A program made the position numbers and the translations under genes. The notes under the pieces are model-generated. The model was not told the DNA's origin and made no database searches. It saw nothing but the letters and a program-made list of their open reading frames with translations. 64,000 nucleotides of DNA from Gammaproteobacteria bacterium (GTDB lineage: Bacteria > Pseudomonadota > Gammaproteobacteria > Eutrophobiales > Eutrophobiaceae): contig OZ220696.1 of assembly GCA_965116495.1 (NCBI GenBank), positions 2,176,001-2,240,000 of the forward strand, written 5' to 3'. Shown here piece after piece: positions 10,368-19,933 of the stretch; within the stretch, counting starts at the first letter, position 1, and each line of letters begins with the position of its first letter.

Positions 10368-11612
10368 ATGACCATGGCACAAACTAAAAGCCCATCAACG
10401 GCGCGCTTTGCGCGCGACCTCGGCGAGGTACGCAAGGAAGTTCTGGCCAGGGTAGAAGCGATACTGCCGGCGCTGGCGGACGCGGCCGCAGACGCGGAAG
10501 CAGAACGTGATCTGACGCCGGAATCCTTCGCTGCCCTGGTCGAATCCGGTGCGCTGCGGCTGTTCGCGCCGCAACGAGCGGGCGGATACGAGGCCGGTTA
10601 CCGGACTTACGTTGACTCGACCGTCCTGTTGGCGCGCGCATGCGGTTCATCGGCGTGGTTTTCCTTCATTCTCAATCATGGGGACTGGCAGACCGGGCAG
10701 ATGAGCGCTGCGGTTCAGGAGCGTGTGTGGGCCGGCAATTCGGCTTCGGCGAAGGTTGCGGTGCCGCTCGCGCCGATGCCTGGCTGGCGCGCCGAGCGAC
10801 ATGACGGCGGCACAACGGTCTCGGGCGACTGGCCGTACTCGTCAGGTAGCTCGCACGTCAGTTGGGCGCTGATCGGTTTTCCGCTGCTGGACGATGACGG
10901 GTCGCAGACAGACAACATGATCGGGCTGGTCAAGACCAGCGGGATCCCGGTCCGCGACACCTGGCATGTTGCCGGTATGGCTGCGACCGGCAGCAACACC
11001 TTTGAAATACAGGATGTTTTTATACCGGACGAGGAAACGACCACCTTGTCCGCAATGATGAGCCACCGGTTTGAAACGCCCCACACCGCTGAAGCGCAAT
11101 ACCAGATGGATTCCGTCGTGGTCTTTCACATCGCGACCCTGGTGCCAGTGGTCAGCCTCGCGAAAGCCGCTCTGGATTTGACCATGGAACGCATCACGAC
11201 GCGTCCTAAACCGATGACTTATACGTTTTATACGGATACCACCAAGTCGGCCGCGACCCAGTTTGCGATGGCGCGCGCAACCTGGTTGATCGAGACGGCA
11301 TTGGAGCAGACGCGCGCCACCGCCGACGCCATCGATGCGCAAGCACTGACGGCGCGTCCGTTCCCGGCGATCGACCGCGCAACGTTTGCCATGCGTTCGG
11401 CACAGGCACATCGCATGTGCCGCGAAGGCGTGGACTTATTACTTGATGTACAGGGCGCAGGCTCTTTCGCTCTTAATAATCCGCTGCAGAGGATCTGGCG
11501 CGACATGCATGTAGCCAGCCGCCACGGTATGTCGGTGCCTGGCATGAAGCAGGAGATGTACGGCCGCGCGTTGCTGGGCGCCGATGAACAGCAGATGACG
11601 CCGATTCGCTAA
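10368..11612 (+). CDS. Acyl-CoA-dehydrogenase-fold flavin-dependent monooxygenase (HsaA/NcnH-like)
   Basis: LARACGSSAW, GDWPYSSGS, DTWHVAGMAATGSN, NPLQRIWRDMHVASRH. Confidence 0.85.
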   Translation: MTMAQTKSPSTARFARDLGEVRKEVLARVEAILPALADAAADAEAERDLTPESFAALVESGALRLFAPQRAGGYEAGYRTYVDSTVLLARACGSSAWFSFILNHGDWQTGQMSAAVQERVWAGNSASAKVAVPLAPMPGWRAERHDGGTTVSGDWPYSSGSSHVSWALIGFPLLDDDGSQTDNMIGLVKTSGIPVRDTWHVAGMAATGSNTFEIQDVFIPDEETTTLSAMMSHRFETPHTAEAQYQMDSVVVFHIATLVPVVSLAKAALDLTMERITTRPKPMTYTFYTDTTKSAATQFAMARATWLIETALEQTRATADAIDAQALTARPFPAIDRATFAMRSAQAHRMCREGVDLLLDVQGAGSFALNNPLQRIWRDMHVASRHGMSVPGMKQEMYGRALLGADEQQMTPIR

Positions 11613-11972
11613 TCGCGATTTAACGCAGGTATTCACCCAGCTTAAACAGGTCTACGAGTAAAGCAACCTGCCCCGGGACTTGCTGTAACTACACAGATTT
11701 CTCCGTCTCACGCTGGTTGAACAGAAAAAAATTTCGGTCAGGAGACGCACAAACTACCCACTGTCCAGTTATAATGATAACTGCATCAGGTCATCCACTT
11801 GGACGCGACTTTAAGATAGCCCTGGGATACAGCTTGAGCGTGTTTCAATATGTGGTAATACAACTCAGGAATATTATCTTTCCTGCCGGTACTTTAATTG
11901 ATTAAAGGAGGCAATGGCTCGACGCCTATTGTCGGTATTTCAATTATTGTTGTTTTGTCTATAGGGGTTGAT

Positions 11973-12266
11973 ATGAAATATCTCATTCTACTGATGCTTC
12001 TGTATATTCCACTCGTTCATTCGGCTGATTATCGCAAAGAAATTATGGATTATATGATTAATCCTTGCTTCAAACAAACCATGAAAAGAGAAGGACTGGA
12101 TCCAAATAATCCACAATTATTGAATTCATATATTGACACATATGGGAAGCGTATTATGGATAATGTTGAGATATTACAACTAACTTTAGAACAATATCAT
12201 CCGTCTTATCCAGAACGCCAAGAATTATATCAAATTGGATTACGCAGTTGTCTAGATGGGTTTTAA
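11973..12266 (+). CDS. Hypothetical exported protein
   Basis: MKYLILLMLLYIPLVHSA signal-peptide-like N-terminus after a GGGG RBS-like site; AT-rich. Confidence 0.55.
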   Translation: MKYLILLMLLYIPLVHSADYRKEIMDYMINPCFKQTMKREGLDPNNPQLLNSYIDTYGKRIMDNVEILQLTLEQYHPSYPERQELYQIGLRSCLDGF

Positions 12267-12389
12267 TGGAAGTATGGCCGAAAGAAAACCCGGCTAAACT
12301 ACACCTGACTGATATGGCCCACTACCTTGGCTAGAGGTTTGAATCTGACGAGAAGGATGTTCGCGTGATTGACAACAAAAGAACCACAA

Positions 12390-12956
12390 ATGAATAGAAA
12401 TATCATAGGAATAATTATAGCGCTGGTTGCTATATACATCTTTGCTACACCTTATATCACTGTGTACCGGATGGATATCGCCAACCAGAATCATGATGGA
12501 GATGCGCTATCCAAGTATATTGATTTCCCAGCATTGCGGCAAAGCATGAAAGACCAGATAAACGCGCAGCTACCAATCCTAATGACAAAAGAGGGGTTGG
12601 ACGATAATCCATTCACTCCTTTAGGAATCCTGTTGGCGAGCACGTTGATAGAAAAAATAATTGACACACGCATTACTTCGTCCGGAATTGTGGAGTCAAT
12701 GAAAAATATCCCTGACACATATGATGGTATTCTAAATGTTGACATTGACCTTTCAGATGCGTCTGCAGATGTTTTAAAGTCGTACGAATCTTTCAGCAAA
12801 TTTTCTGTAACCAGAACCGTTAAGGATACTGAATTGAACGATGATATAGTAATAAAATATTATTTAAGCCGTAGAGGATTAAACTGGAAATTAACTGAGA
12901 TTATACTCCCCCTGGCAGAATGGCAATCAGCGCTTGAACCAGTTCTCAGATTTTAA
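12390..12956 (+). CDS. DUF2939 domain protein
   Basis: N-terminal TM helix, ATPYITVY..DGDALSKYIDFPALRQSMKDQ..RRGLNWKLTEIILP. Confidence 0.75.
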   Translation: MNRNIIGIIIALVAIYIFATPYITVYRMDIANQNHDGDALSKYIDFPALRQSMKDQINAQLPILMTKEGLDDNPFTPLGILLASTLIEKIIDTRITSSGIVESMKNIPDTYDGILNVDIDLSDASADVLKSYESFSKFSVTRTVKDTELNDDIVIKYYLSRRGLNWKLTEIILPLAEWQSALEPVLRF

Positions 12957-13035
12957 AGCAGAAAAAAAGAAAAGAAGATATTGAACATTTAAATGTTGTT
13001 TCTGGTCTCTATAATAAGAAAAAAGGGTAACCATC

Positions 13036-13278
13036 ATGAATCGAATATTTCTGATTATTGGGCTTTTATTGACTCCACCACATATATTGGCCGATCCGGA
13101 TGACAAGGCCGATATTCCTGTTGACCTGATTGTCAAAGACCGTTCACAATTGACAATAACCAAAATGCGGGGTGGCTCTGATACCAGAAAAACCTACAGA
13201 GCTTGTGACCGGGATAAATGTTCGTATTTCACTGTACGGACGTACAGTGACGGAACCCAAGCCGTATATCCTCATTAA
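13036..13278 (+). CDS. Hypothetical small exported protein
   Basis: Signal-peptide-like start, Cys pair; no recognised domain. Confidence 0.4.
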   Translation: MNRIFLIIGLLLTPPHILADPDDKADIPVDLIVKDRSQLTITKMRGGSDTRKTYRACDRDKCSYFTVRTYSDGTQAVYPH

Positions 13279-13349
13279 TTTTACATTTATTTCTAAACCG
13301 CACTCCAATCCATTCATTGGCGCCGATTACACACACATCAGGAAATAGC

Positions 13350-13751
13350 ATGTTTAATCGTATTAAGTACGAAGATTTAAATTCTCGACAGAAGAAGAAA
13401 GACTACAATTTTCAAAAACTCGCATCCAGACTCGTCGATTACGGTTTCAACTGTTTACGACTCAGCGAGCAGGGAGCAGACTTTATCGCTCATCATATAG
13501 ATGGTAGTACTTTTATCAGAGGCACACTAACAGGGCGGTTAAGTATTGATAAGAAATACAACGGGAAAGATATCTATATTGCCTTTAATGAGAACAGCCG
13601 ATGGTATATTTATCCCCATGATAAATTACAGGATGAACTGCTTGATATGGGCTACATGTCCGGGACTGTATCGTGGGATATCCGTGGTATATACAACTGG
13701 CCAGGGCTTACTAAAAGACTGGTAGAACACATGGAGCAGTATGCAATTTAG
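13350..13751 (+). CDS. Restriction-endonuclease-fold-like conserved hypothetical protein
   Basis: YNFQKLASRLVDYGFNCLRL..GADFIAHH..GRLSIDKKY, PD-(D/E)XK-like layout with an atypical second motif. Confidence 0.5.
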   Translation: MFNRIKYEDLNSRQKKKDYNFQKLASRLVDYGFNCLRLSEQGADFIAHHIDGSTFIRGTLTGRLSIDKKYNGKDIYIAFNENSRWYIYPHDKLQDELLDMGYMSGTVSWDIRGIYNWPGLTKRLVEHMEQYAI

Positions 13752-13773
13752 AAGGTATCCGGGTTGGCGTTGA

Positions 13774-13800
13774 AAATACGGCCAGGGACGTAATAGTACT
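13774..13800 (-). repeat. Degenerate copy of tRNA-Phe 3' end (att-like site)
   Basis: aaatacggccagggacgtaatagtact, nearly identical to the 21143 copy. Confidence 0.75.
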
Positions 13801-14055
13801 GCTTTTATAACTTAGGAAGCTCTGTTTTTGTCAGAGGTTCCCTTGTTGACTTATCGAATTCCTTATTATCGTTAACCTGCTTACCCAACAATTTAACCAA
13901 GAAAATATCCAGATGTATTGCTGGTCTCATGCCGCACTTGTACGGCGGGTTGCTCGCCAGAGTTATTGTTTGGGCAGAGTCTCACTATTACTTGATTTTT
14001 ACGGTCATATCAGCTATTTTTACATTATACTGCGTCATAAATATTGAGGTTCTAT

Positions 14056-14406
14056 ATGAAATTTCAGGAATTCGTTGAAGATCAGGTTTTCTCACCCACG
14101 CTCGTCGCCACCGCGTTGCGTACAACCAGGAGTGAGATTGCCCATACACTGGGGCTGGGTCAGGACGCGTTCTCGCGCAGTTCCCGCATCCGGGCGAGGA
14201 AGACACAGACACGGTTGCGTCAGATGCTCGAAATTCTCCATCGGGTATCGACCCATACAGGTTCCGACCTGGCGGCCTATGCCTGGTTTCGCGCAGAGCC
14301 ATTATCCGGCTTTGGTGGTATGACCCCCGACCAACTGGTGCGGGAAGGCAAGGCTGATGATGTCCACGCTCATCTCGACCGAATCATGGCCGGCGGTTAC
14401 GCTTGA
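14056..14406 (+). CDS. Xre/MbcA/ParS-type antitoxin
   Basis: HTH plus AYAWFRAEPLSGFGGMTPDQLVREG toxin-binding domain. Confidence 0.88.
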   Translation: MKFQEFVEDQVFSPTLVATALRTTRSEIAHTLGLGQDAFSRSSRIRARKTQTRLRQMLEILHRVSTHTGSDLAAYAWFRAEPLSGFGGMTPDQLVREGKADDVHAHLDRIMAGGYA

Positions 14407-14421
14407 TACGTCGTCCTGCTG

Positions 14422-14934
14422 ATGCGTTTTTGCGGCCTCGTCTATCGCGCGCATAACCCGCGGTGGACCTGGGACGCGACTTCCGGAGAAGGGGCGCGCC
14501 GCCATGGGGGGCGCTTTAACCGAATAGGGGTCCCGGCACTTTATACGTCCCTGTCACCTGTCACAGCCATGAGAGAGGCCAGCCAGATAGGGCGGCCATT
14601 GCAGCCGATCACGCTGTGCGCCTACGAGGTCGATGCAGAGCCTGTATTCGATGTGTTGGACCCGTCAGAGCGGGAGGCACTGGGAGTAAAGACAGATGAC
14701 TTTTGTTGCCAATACTGGGAACGGGAAATGCTGGCGGGTATCTTACCGGCGTCGCAGCTTCTCGCCGACCGGCTGATTGCAGCCGGCTATATGGGTATGC
14801 GTGTTCAAAGTTTCGTACCGGGAGCCGGAACGGATGATCTCAACCTGGTATTCTGGCGCTGGGGCGACCACGGACCAGGCAAAGTGGTCCTCATAGATGA
14901 CGAGGAGCGTCTCCCAAAAAATACAGATGGGTGA
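14422..14934 (+). CDS. RES domain toxin (NAD+ phosphorylase family)
   Basis: YRAH..SGEGARRHGGRFN..ALYTS..AMRE..VQS..NLVFW. Confidence 0.9.
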   Translation: MRFCGLVYRAHNPRWTWDATSGEGARRHGGRFNRIGVPALYTSLSPVTAMREASQIGRPLQPITLCAYEVDAEPVFDVLDPSEREALGVKTDDFCCQYWEREMLAGILPASQLLADRLIAAGYMGMRVQSFVPGAGTDDLNLVFWRWGDHGPGKVVLIDDEERLPKNTDG

Positions 14935-14950
14935 CTCGGAGTTTCGCACT

Positions 14951-15173
14951 GCTTCCCGTTCATCCCGTCTCAACCTTCAATATCGGGTAATTTACGGAAT
15001 CGAAGGCGAGAACCTTATGGTCCAGGTGGTGGAAGTGACTGCCCATGATTACAGGAAAAAGGGCGCTCCGCTGCCATCCCGCAGCGCTGGTATTTCCTAA
15101 TTGGGATATAGAATCGGAAATTGCCGCATAGCCGCTTTATCCTAATTCGCGGTACAGCATCGGGTCAAACAGC
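14951..15173 (+). pseudogene. Internally deleted copy of the 21391-21935 TA locus
   Basis: 14951-15060 matches 21560-21669 and 15061-15173 matches 21865-21977 with few mismatches. Confidence 0.9.
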
Positions 15174-15218
15174 GCTGCCTGACGGAACCTCCTGATAATG
15201 GCGCAGTACAGGGCCAGA

Positions 15219-15245
15219 AAGTATGGCCAGGGGCAGAATAGTACC
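15219..15245 (-). repeat. Degenerate copy of tRNA-Phe 3' end (att-like site)
   Basis: aagtatggccaggggcagaatagtacc versus tRNA aagtatggccagggacagaatcgaact. Confidence 0.8.
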
Positions 15246-15259
15246 GAGCATAAATAGGG

Positions 15260-16489
15260 TTATACCAGGTAGCGCAGAAACTCCTCCGCACTGATTATCA
15301 GCACTTTATAGTTTCCCAACTTAACGATATCAAATACATTCGGTTTTTTCACAACCTGAAACGCGTACGGGCATTTGAGTTGCGGCAAAAACACTTTCCA
15401 GTTTTGCGATAATTTTTCCTGGTTCAGTTTTACTTCCACCGGAAACCAGGGCTTGTTGTTCCTTAACAGGAGAAAATCGATTTCCTTCTTTTCCTTGTTC
15501 CTGAGATAGCGCAGTTCATAGCTGCCAACACCTGTATCAGTCAGGTAATCACAATATTTCAACAGGTGCAATGCAACCAGGTTTTCAAAGCGGGATGCCT
15601 CATTTTCCACCTCGCTCCAATCCCAGAGGTACAGTTTTCCCTCTTTTTTTATGGAGCGGGACAGGGATTTTGAATAGGGCTTGACCTCAAAGAAATAATA
15701 CAATTCGTTCAGATACTGCAACCAGCGCCTGACCGTGGTATAGGCTACCTCAAGGTCTTCACTCAATGAGGTTATGCTCAACGGGTTAGCTGCTCGCTCC
15801 GGCAACAGACTAGCCAGCATTTCCACCTGGCTTAACTCCGGCAGCCGGCTCAGGTCGCGCAAGTCCTCCCTGATTATTCTCTCAACCCGGTTACGCCGCC
15901 ACAGGTTCAGGGTTCTATCCGTTCCGGCCAACAAAGGCTCTGGAAACGGTCCAAACCGAAGCAACAAAGGCAGGTAATCCTTGGCTCTCCCGCTGATTTT
16001 AATGGAACGTTCGAACACTGCATGCACCAGGTCAGGAGCGGCAATCCCGGGCTTCCTGCGAAGCATTTCATGCATTGAGAATGGATGCAGGCGCAGGTGA
16101 TAATATCTCCCCAGCAAGCTGTCACTACCCTTCCGGTAGATATTCAGGCGCGCGCTGCCGGTCACCAGTATATCGCAGGGCATGTCCAGGGTATCGTAAA
16201 CGCCTTTGAGGTTTTTCTTCCAGAATTTTGCCTTGTGCAGTTCATCGAGAACGATTAACGGTCTGGCATCATCCTGCACGGCAGGCGGGATTATGCCGCT
16301 CGGATCTTTGGTCCAAAGACGGCGGAACTTAATCTCGTCCCAGTTGTAATAAGCGCCGGTTTTGTACTGTTTTAAAATGCGCTTGGCCAATGTGGTCTTG
16401 CCACATTGCCTGGCGCCGGACATGAAGGCCATTTTCCCGGTTTGAAAACAGACCTCATTGAGTATATTTTCCAGGTAACGCTCTTTCAT
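15260..16489 (-). CDS. AAA_14 ATPase with DUF4143 / C-terminal nuclease-like domain
   Basis: GARQCGKTT, LDELHK, VTGSA, FENLVA, KEIDF..VEVK. Confidence 0.9.
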   Translation of the reverse strand: MKERYLENILNEVCFQTGKMAFMSGARQCGKTTLAKRILKQYKTGAYYNWDEIKFRRLWTKDPSGIIPPAVQDDARPLIVLDELHKAKFWKKNLKGVYDTLDMPCDILVTGSARLNIYRKGSDSLLGRYYHLRLHPFSMHEMLRRKPGIAAPDLVHAVFERSIKISGRAKDYLPLLLRFGPFPEPLLAGTDRTLNLWRRNRVERIIREDLRDLSRLPELSQVEMLASLLPERAANPLSITSLSEDLEVAYTTVRRWLQYLNELYYFFEVKPYSKSLSRSIKKEGKLYLWDWSEVENEASRFENLVALHLLKYCDYLTDTGVGSYELRYLRNKEKKEIDFLLLRNNKPWFPVEVKLNQEKLSQNWKVFLPQLKCPYAFQVVKKPNVFDIVKLGNYKVLIISAEEFLRYLV

Positions 16490-16601
16490 TATATGACTAT
16501 TTTAGCGACTGACGCCAAAATGGTCAACTCCTGCCGGGGCATCTGGCCATTTTATTGATTGCCGAGAAAATAGTCGTCTGTATTCCTTTGTCACCGATGC
16601 C

Positions 16602-16770
16602 TTGGAAACCGGGGATGCTGTGTACATAGCCAAGGCGATGGGGGTGGCAACTCGCGCCAAGGGCATGACGGAAATTGCCCGGGAGATAGGACTGTCACGC
16701 GAACAGCTTTACCGCTCTTTCAGTGAGAAAGGGAATCCAAGACTGAAAACCATGCTTGCCCTTAACATAT
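16602..16770 (+). pseudogene. Truncated HI1420-type addiction-module antidote
   Basis: ETGDAVYIAKAMGVATRAKGMTEIAREIGLSREQLYRSFSEKGNPRLKT; both termini missing, no toxin partner. Confidence 0.7.
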
Positions 16771-16852
16771 CCTTCAAACTGGTGATGCCACGACTTCTGA
16801 CGAATCTTTACAAATCCATTAGCTTGAAGAATTTTCAAAAAGTCACGGTATT

Positions 16853-17182
16853 TCAAGCCTCACAATGAATCAGGAATCCGGCACAATCCCTGTCATTTCC
16901 CCTGTTTTTGAAGAGCGTTGTTATCAGCAATATCAGAATAAACTTCATGCGAAGATTGAAAGGGACTTTGCGCGTTAAAAACCGGCGCTGTTCCTCTTTC
17001 GGTAAATTCCTGACATAATCCAGATACATTGAGATAGCTTCATTCAGTTCCTTGTAAACTTCATCAAAGCTCCCTCCCTGAACTGCCAAATCAAAATCCA
17101 GACAGAACGCTTCCCAATGTCCCAGTCTGCCTTCTGCATAACACCAGATGGCTTTGTTCATGTTAATCCCGGATTCTGTCAT
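16853..17182 (-). CDS. HicB-like (RNase H-fold) antitoxin-type protein, orphan
   Basis: WEAFCLDFDLAVQGGSFDEVYKELNEAISMYL. Confidence 0.65.
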   Translation of the reverse strand: MTESGINMNKAIWCYAEGRLGHWEAFCLDFDLAVQGGSFDEVYKELNEAISMYLDYVRNLPKEEQRRFLTRKVPFNLRMKFILILLITTLFKNRGNDRDCAGFLIHCEA

Positions 17183-17448
17183 TTCATCACCTCCCCGTTC
17201 ACCAGGCCAGCTAGCCACACATCTTGTGCGTTATATTATCAGCGTAATGGCTAAATGGGCATATGTGATGAATAATTTATTGACAAACCCCATTACAATC
17301 TGGCGTGAGCGGCGCCATACTCCCGGACTTATCCATTTTATTGACAAACCCTCTTACGACTTGGTGTGAGGGGAGGCTGTTTCAGGGCTTAGGACACGCT
17401 TTTGACGACGAAAATCATCGATCCGTATATTGCGCCTTCTTCATGCAG

Positions 17449-17745
17449 TTAATTTGCAGCCTGTACGTGTAATTTTACTCCCAGGGCCTTGATGATCTTT
17501 ATCACTGTCGTAAAGGACGGATTGCCCTCCGATGACAACGCCTTGTACAACCCCTGCCGTGTCATCCCGGCGCTTTCTGCCAACCTGCCCATGCCTTTTG
17601 CGCGGGCAATATTATTCAACGCGGTACGGATCAGGGCGCCATCACCGCTGTCTTCTTCCATACACGCGTCAAGATACAAGGCCATATCTTCTTCGGTATC
17701 AAGATAATCGATCACATCCCATCGGGTCAGTTTTACCTCAGCCAT
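17449..17745 (-). CDS. Addiction-module antidote (HI1420 family)
   Basis: WDVIDYLDTEEDMALYL..NIARAKGM..GLYKALSSEGNPSF. Confidence 0.9.
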   Translation of the reverse strand: MAEVKLTRWDVIDYLDTEEDMALYLDACMEEDSGDGALIRTALNNIARAKGMGRLAESAGMTRQGLYKALSSEGNPSFTTVIKIIKALGVKLHVQAAN

Positions 17746-18035
17746 GTTTGTACCTCCTCGGCTGTTTCAAGCGCGTGTTCAATGTCTTTGTTTTGTGTTT
17801 TTTTTGTGCCGCCACCCAACAGGACGATAATTTCAGTCCCTGATCGGATAAAATATATACGGTATCCGGGACCATAGTGGATGCGCATTTCAGCAACACC
17901 TTTACCTACCGCTCGGCAATCACCCAGGTTACCTTGTTGGACATTTTCCAGACGCGCCGCGATTTTCGCTTTTGCTCGCCTGTCCCGCAATCCTCTGAGC
18001 CATTTGCCAAAGACTTCCGTTGTCTGAATCAACAT
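17733..18035 (-). CDS. RelE/ParE-type addiction-module killer (HI1419 family)
   Basis: GNLGDCRAVGKGVAEMRIHYGPGYRIYF..LLGGGTKKTQNKDI; start placed at internal ATG 18035. Confidence 0.9.
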   Translation of the reverse strand: MLIQTTEVFGKWLRGLRDRRAKAKIAARLENVQQGNLGDCRAVGKGVAEMRIHYGPGYRIYFIRSGTEIIVLLGGGTKKTQNKDIEHALETAEEVQTWLR

Positions 18036-18218
18036 GGCGCTATAGTAAACTATAGTTGACACTAACGCCAATGCTTTTCTGGGGGCAGTGTGGGGTCAGA
18101 CCAGACCTGATTAGATAGTAATGTCGTCGTACAAGCATGAGAATCTTAAAACCCCGATTTTGATTGCAAAATGGGGAGTCTAAGGGGCAATATCAGGCGT
18201 GGGCGGTCATGGGGAAGT

Positions 18219-19097
18219 TTAGGAGTAAAATTCAGCGGGGTTTAACAACCTGCCCCAGCAGGGACATGGCGGATTCAGATGCCGACCAGTGTTTACCATA
18301 ATTTTGCCAATAGTCATACGCCTGGTCGGGGCCTCCAAGACTTGCTGTGACAGTCTGTGACCCCATAACCGGCGCAGCCGATCTTCTTTTACAACGACGT
18401 TCTGCATTACGTCTTCTATTGTGCGATGCCGGAATGCCAGCTTGGATTCCAGTTCCGGCATTATGTCTGCAAGTTCAGAGTCATGGTGATTCAGCAAATA
18501 CCACAGATCGTACAGGTCTCTGGGTTCATTGCGGGCACGGTCACTCAGCGCCACAATTTTCTCGACCATTATTTCATTGAGGCTATAGGTCAAAATGGTA
18601 GCCCCCTCCGGCAGATCATTGAACATATCGTATTGACGGAGAATTGGTCTTTCCTGTAATGGGAAACAGATTTTTTCGGTTAATGTGAAATCGACTTTCA
18701 CACTGTTCTTTGCGGGCAAGGGGCCTTGGTACTGCAGATAAAAGGTATAGTTGTTCCTGCCTGGTCGGCTGTCTTTTTGATCAAATTCAATATGCACGCC
18801 ACTGGCTGCTCTTACAGCATTATGAATATCCCCGAACCCTGTCATGATATCTTCAATGCCGAGGGGTTCAATCAGGGTAAAATCCATGTCCTCTGAAAAC
18901 CGGTAACCATCAAACCAGCAACGCCTTAACGCCGTCCCGCCCTTGAATGCCAGTTTTTCACGCAATGGGTGATTGCTCAAGCCGGACAGAAACCATGCCA
19001 GCACATAGTCTCGTTCAATGACGGCCTCAGGCAATCGCCTTTTGTTGTCTGTTACCAACGAATTTGTGATGAGCGAAATATTTCGTTGCGGAATCAT
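18219..19097 (-). CDS. AbiEii/AbiGii nucleotidyltransferase toxin (type IV TA)
   Basis: IERDY, FKGGTAL, RFSEDMDF, EKIVAL..PRDLYD; ATG overlaps the antitoxin stop at 19097. Confidence 0.9.
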   Translation of the reverse strand: MIPQRNISLITNSLVTDNKRRLPEAVIERDYVLAWFLSGLSNHPLREKLAFKGGTALRRCWFDGYRFSEDMDFTLIEPLGIEDIMTGFGDIHNAVRAASGVHIEFDQKDSRPGRNNYTFYLQYQGPLPAKNSVKVDFTLTEKICFPLQERPILRQYDMFNDLPEGATILTYSLNEIMVEKIVALSDRARNEPRDLYDLWYLLNHHDSELADIMPELESKLAFRHRTIEDVMQNVVVKEDRLRRLWGHRLSQQVLEAPTRRMTIGKIMVNTGRHLNPPCPCWGRLLNPAEFYS

Positions 19098-19933
19098 CAG
19101 CCAAACCTCACGGCATCTATCTCTTCGGGCGGCACGTTCAGTTGCAGGCGCCAACGAGCCAGGTGTTTTCCTTCGGCCGGCAGCAACGGGTCAAGGCGCT
19201 GGTACGTGTTCGTCAACAGGCTGCGCAGGTACTCAAGCGTACTGGCATTCGCCATCTCATAACGCTCAAGCAGGTAGCCGAGTCGACGAACGACGACGCC
19301 CGCGCCCAGACGGGAGGCATACTCCACCAGACGCTCCACATTCAATGCTTCACGCTGCATCCACATGCCTTTGCCGACTTCCGTGATGCCGCCCACATGG
19401 GCCGGGTGCCGTAAACCGTCAATAATGGTCCGCTCCATATCACTGACAATCACATGGCGATGCTTGTCCACCCAGTGCTTCGTTGTACCGAAAAACTGCT
19501 CGTCGGTGATATGAATGAATTTGAACGGGAACCCGCCAACAGTCTGGGGGCGCAGCCGTTTCGTACATGACACATGCAAGGTCAGGACCGGTTGCGTCAC
19601 CATGCGATGGATCTCAAGCGCGGAGCCGTGTGAGATGAAGTAACTGTTTGGCTGCACTATTTCCTGTGCGATGATATAGGGGTTGTCAACATGCTCACTG
19701 GCCCGACCCAGTTGAAACGGGACCAGATTGTACAGCCCGGGTTTCAGACGCGTCACCAGGCCGCGCTGGACCGCCTTGTGCACCAGGTTGCTGGCCGCCT
19801 GTGGAGACAAACCGGTGATGGATATCACATCATCAAGCGCAAACGTTGATCTGTCCCGCTCATTCAACTCAGTGATCATCTGAGCAGCCCGAGGTCCAAG
19901 TGTCTTGAATTTTGAATTATATCGAGAGTTCAT
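19097..19933 (-). CDS. AbiEi antitoxin (type IV TA)
   Basis: N-terminal wHTH (RLKPGLY), YFISHGSAL, SDMERTIIDGL..GGITE..RRLGYLL. Confidence 0.88.
   Translation of the reverse strand: MNSRYNSKFKTLGPRAAQMITELNERDRSTFALDDVISITGLSPQAASNLVHKAVQRGLVTRLKPGLYNLVPFQLGRASEHVDNPYIIAQEIVQPNSYFISHGSALEIHRMVTQPVLTLHVSCTKRLRPQTVGGFPFKFIHITDEQFFGTTKHWVDKHRHVIVSDMERTIIDGLRHPAHVGGITEVGKGMWMQREALNVERLVEYASRLGAGVVVRRLGYLLERYEMANASTLEYLRSLLTNTYQRLDPLLPAEGKHLARWRLQLNVPPEEIDAVRFG

Noticed and set aside
12270-12279. Additional att-like copy (aagtatggcc)
   Set aside because: Only 10 bp match and it lacks the rest of the motif; could be chance
11973-13751. Integron cassette array
   Set aside because: No convincing attC (RYYYAAC...GTTRRRY with paired arms) between the ORFs and no intI
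17350-17385. hicA remnant (QPPLTP on the minus strand)
   Set aside because: Too short to support
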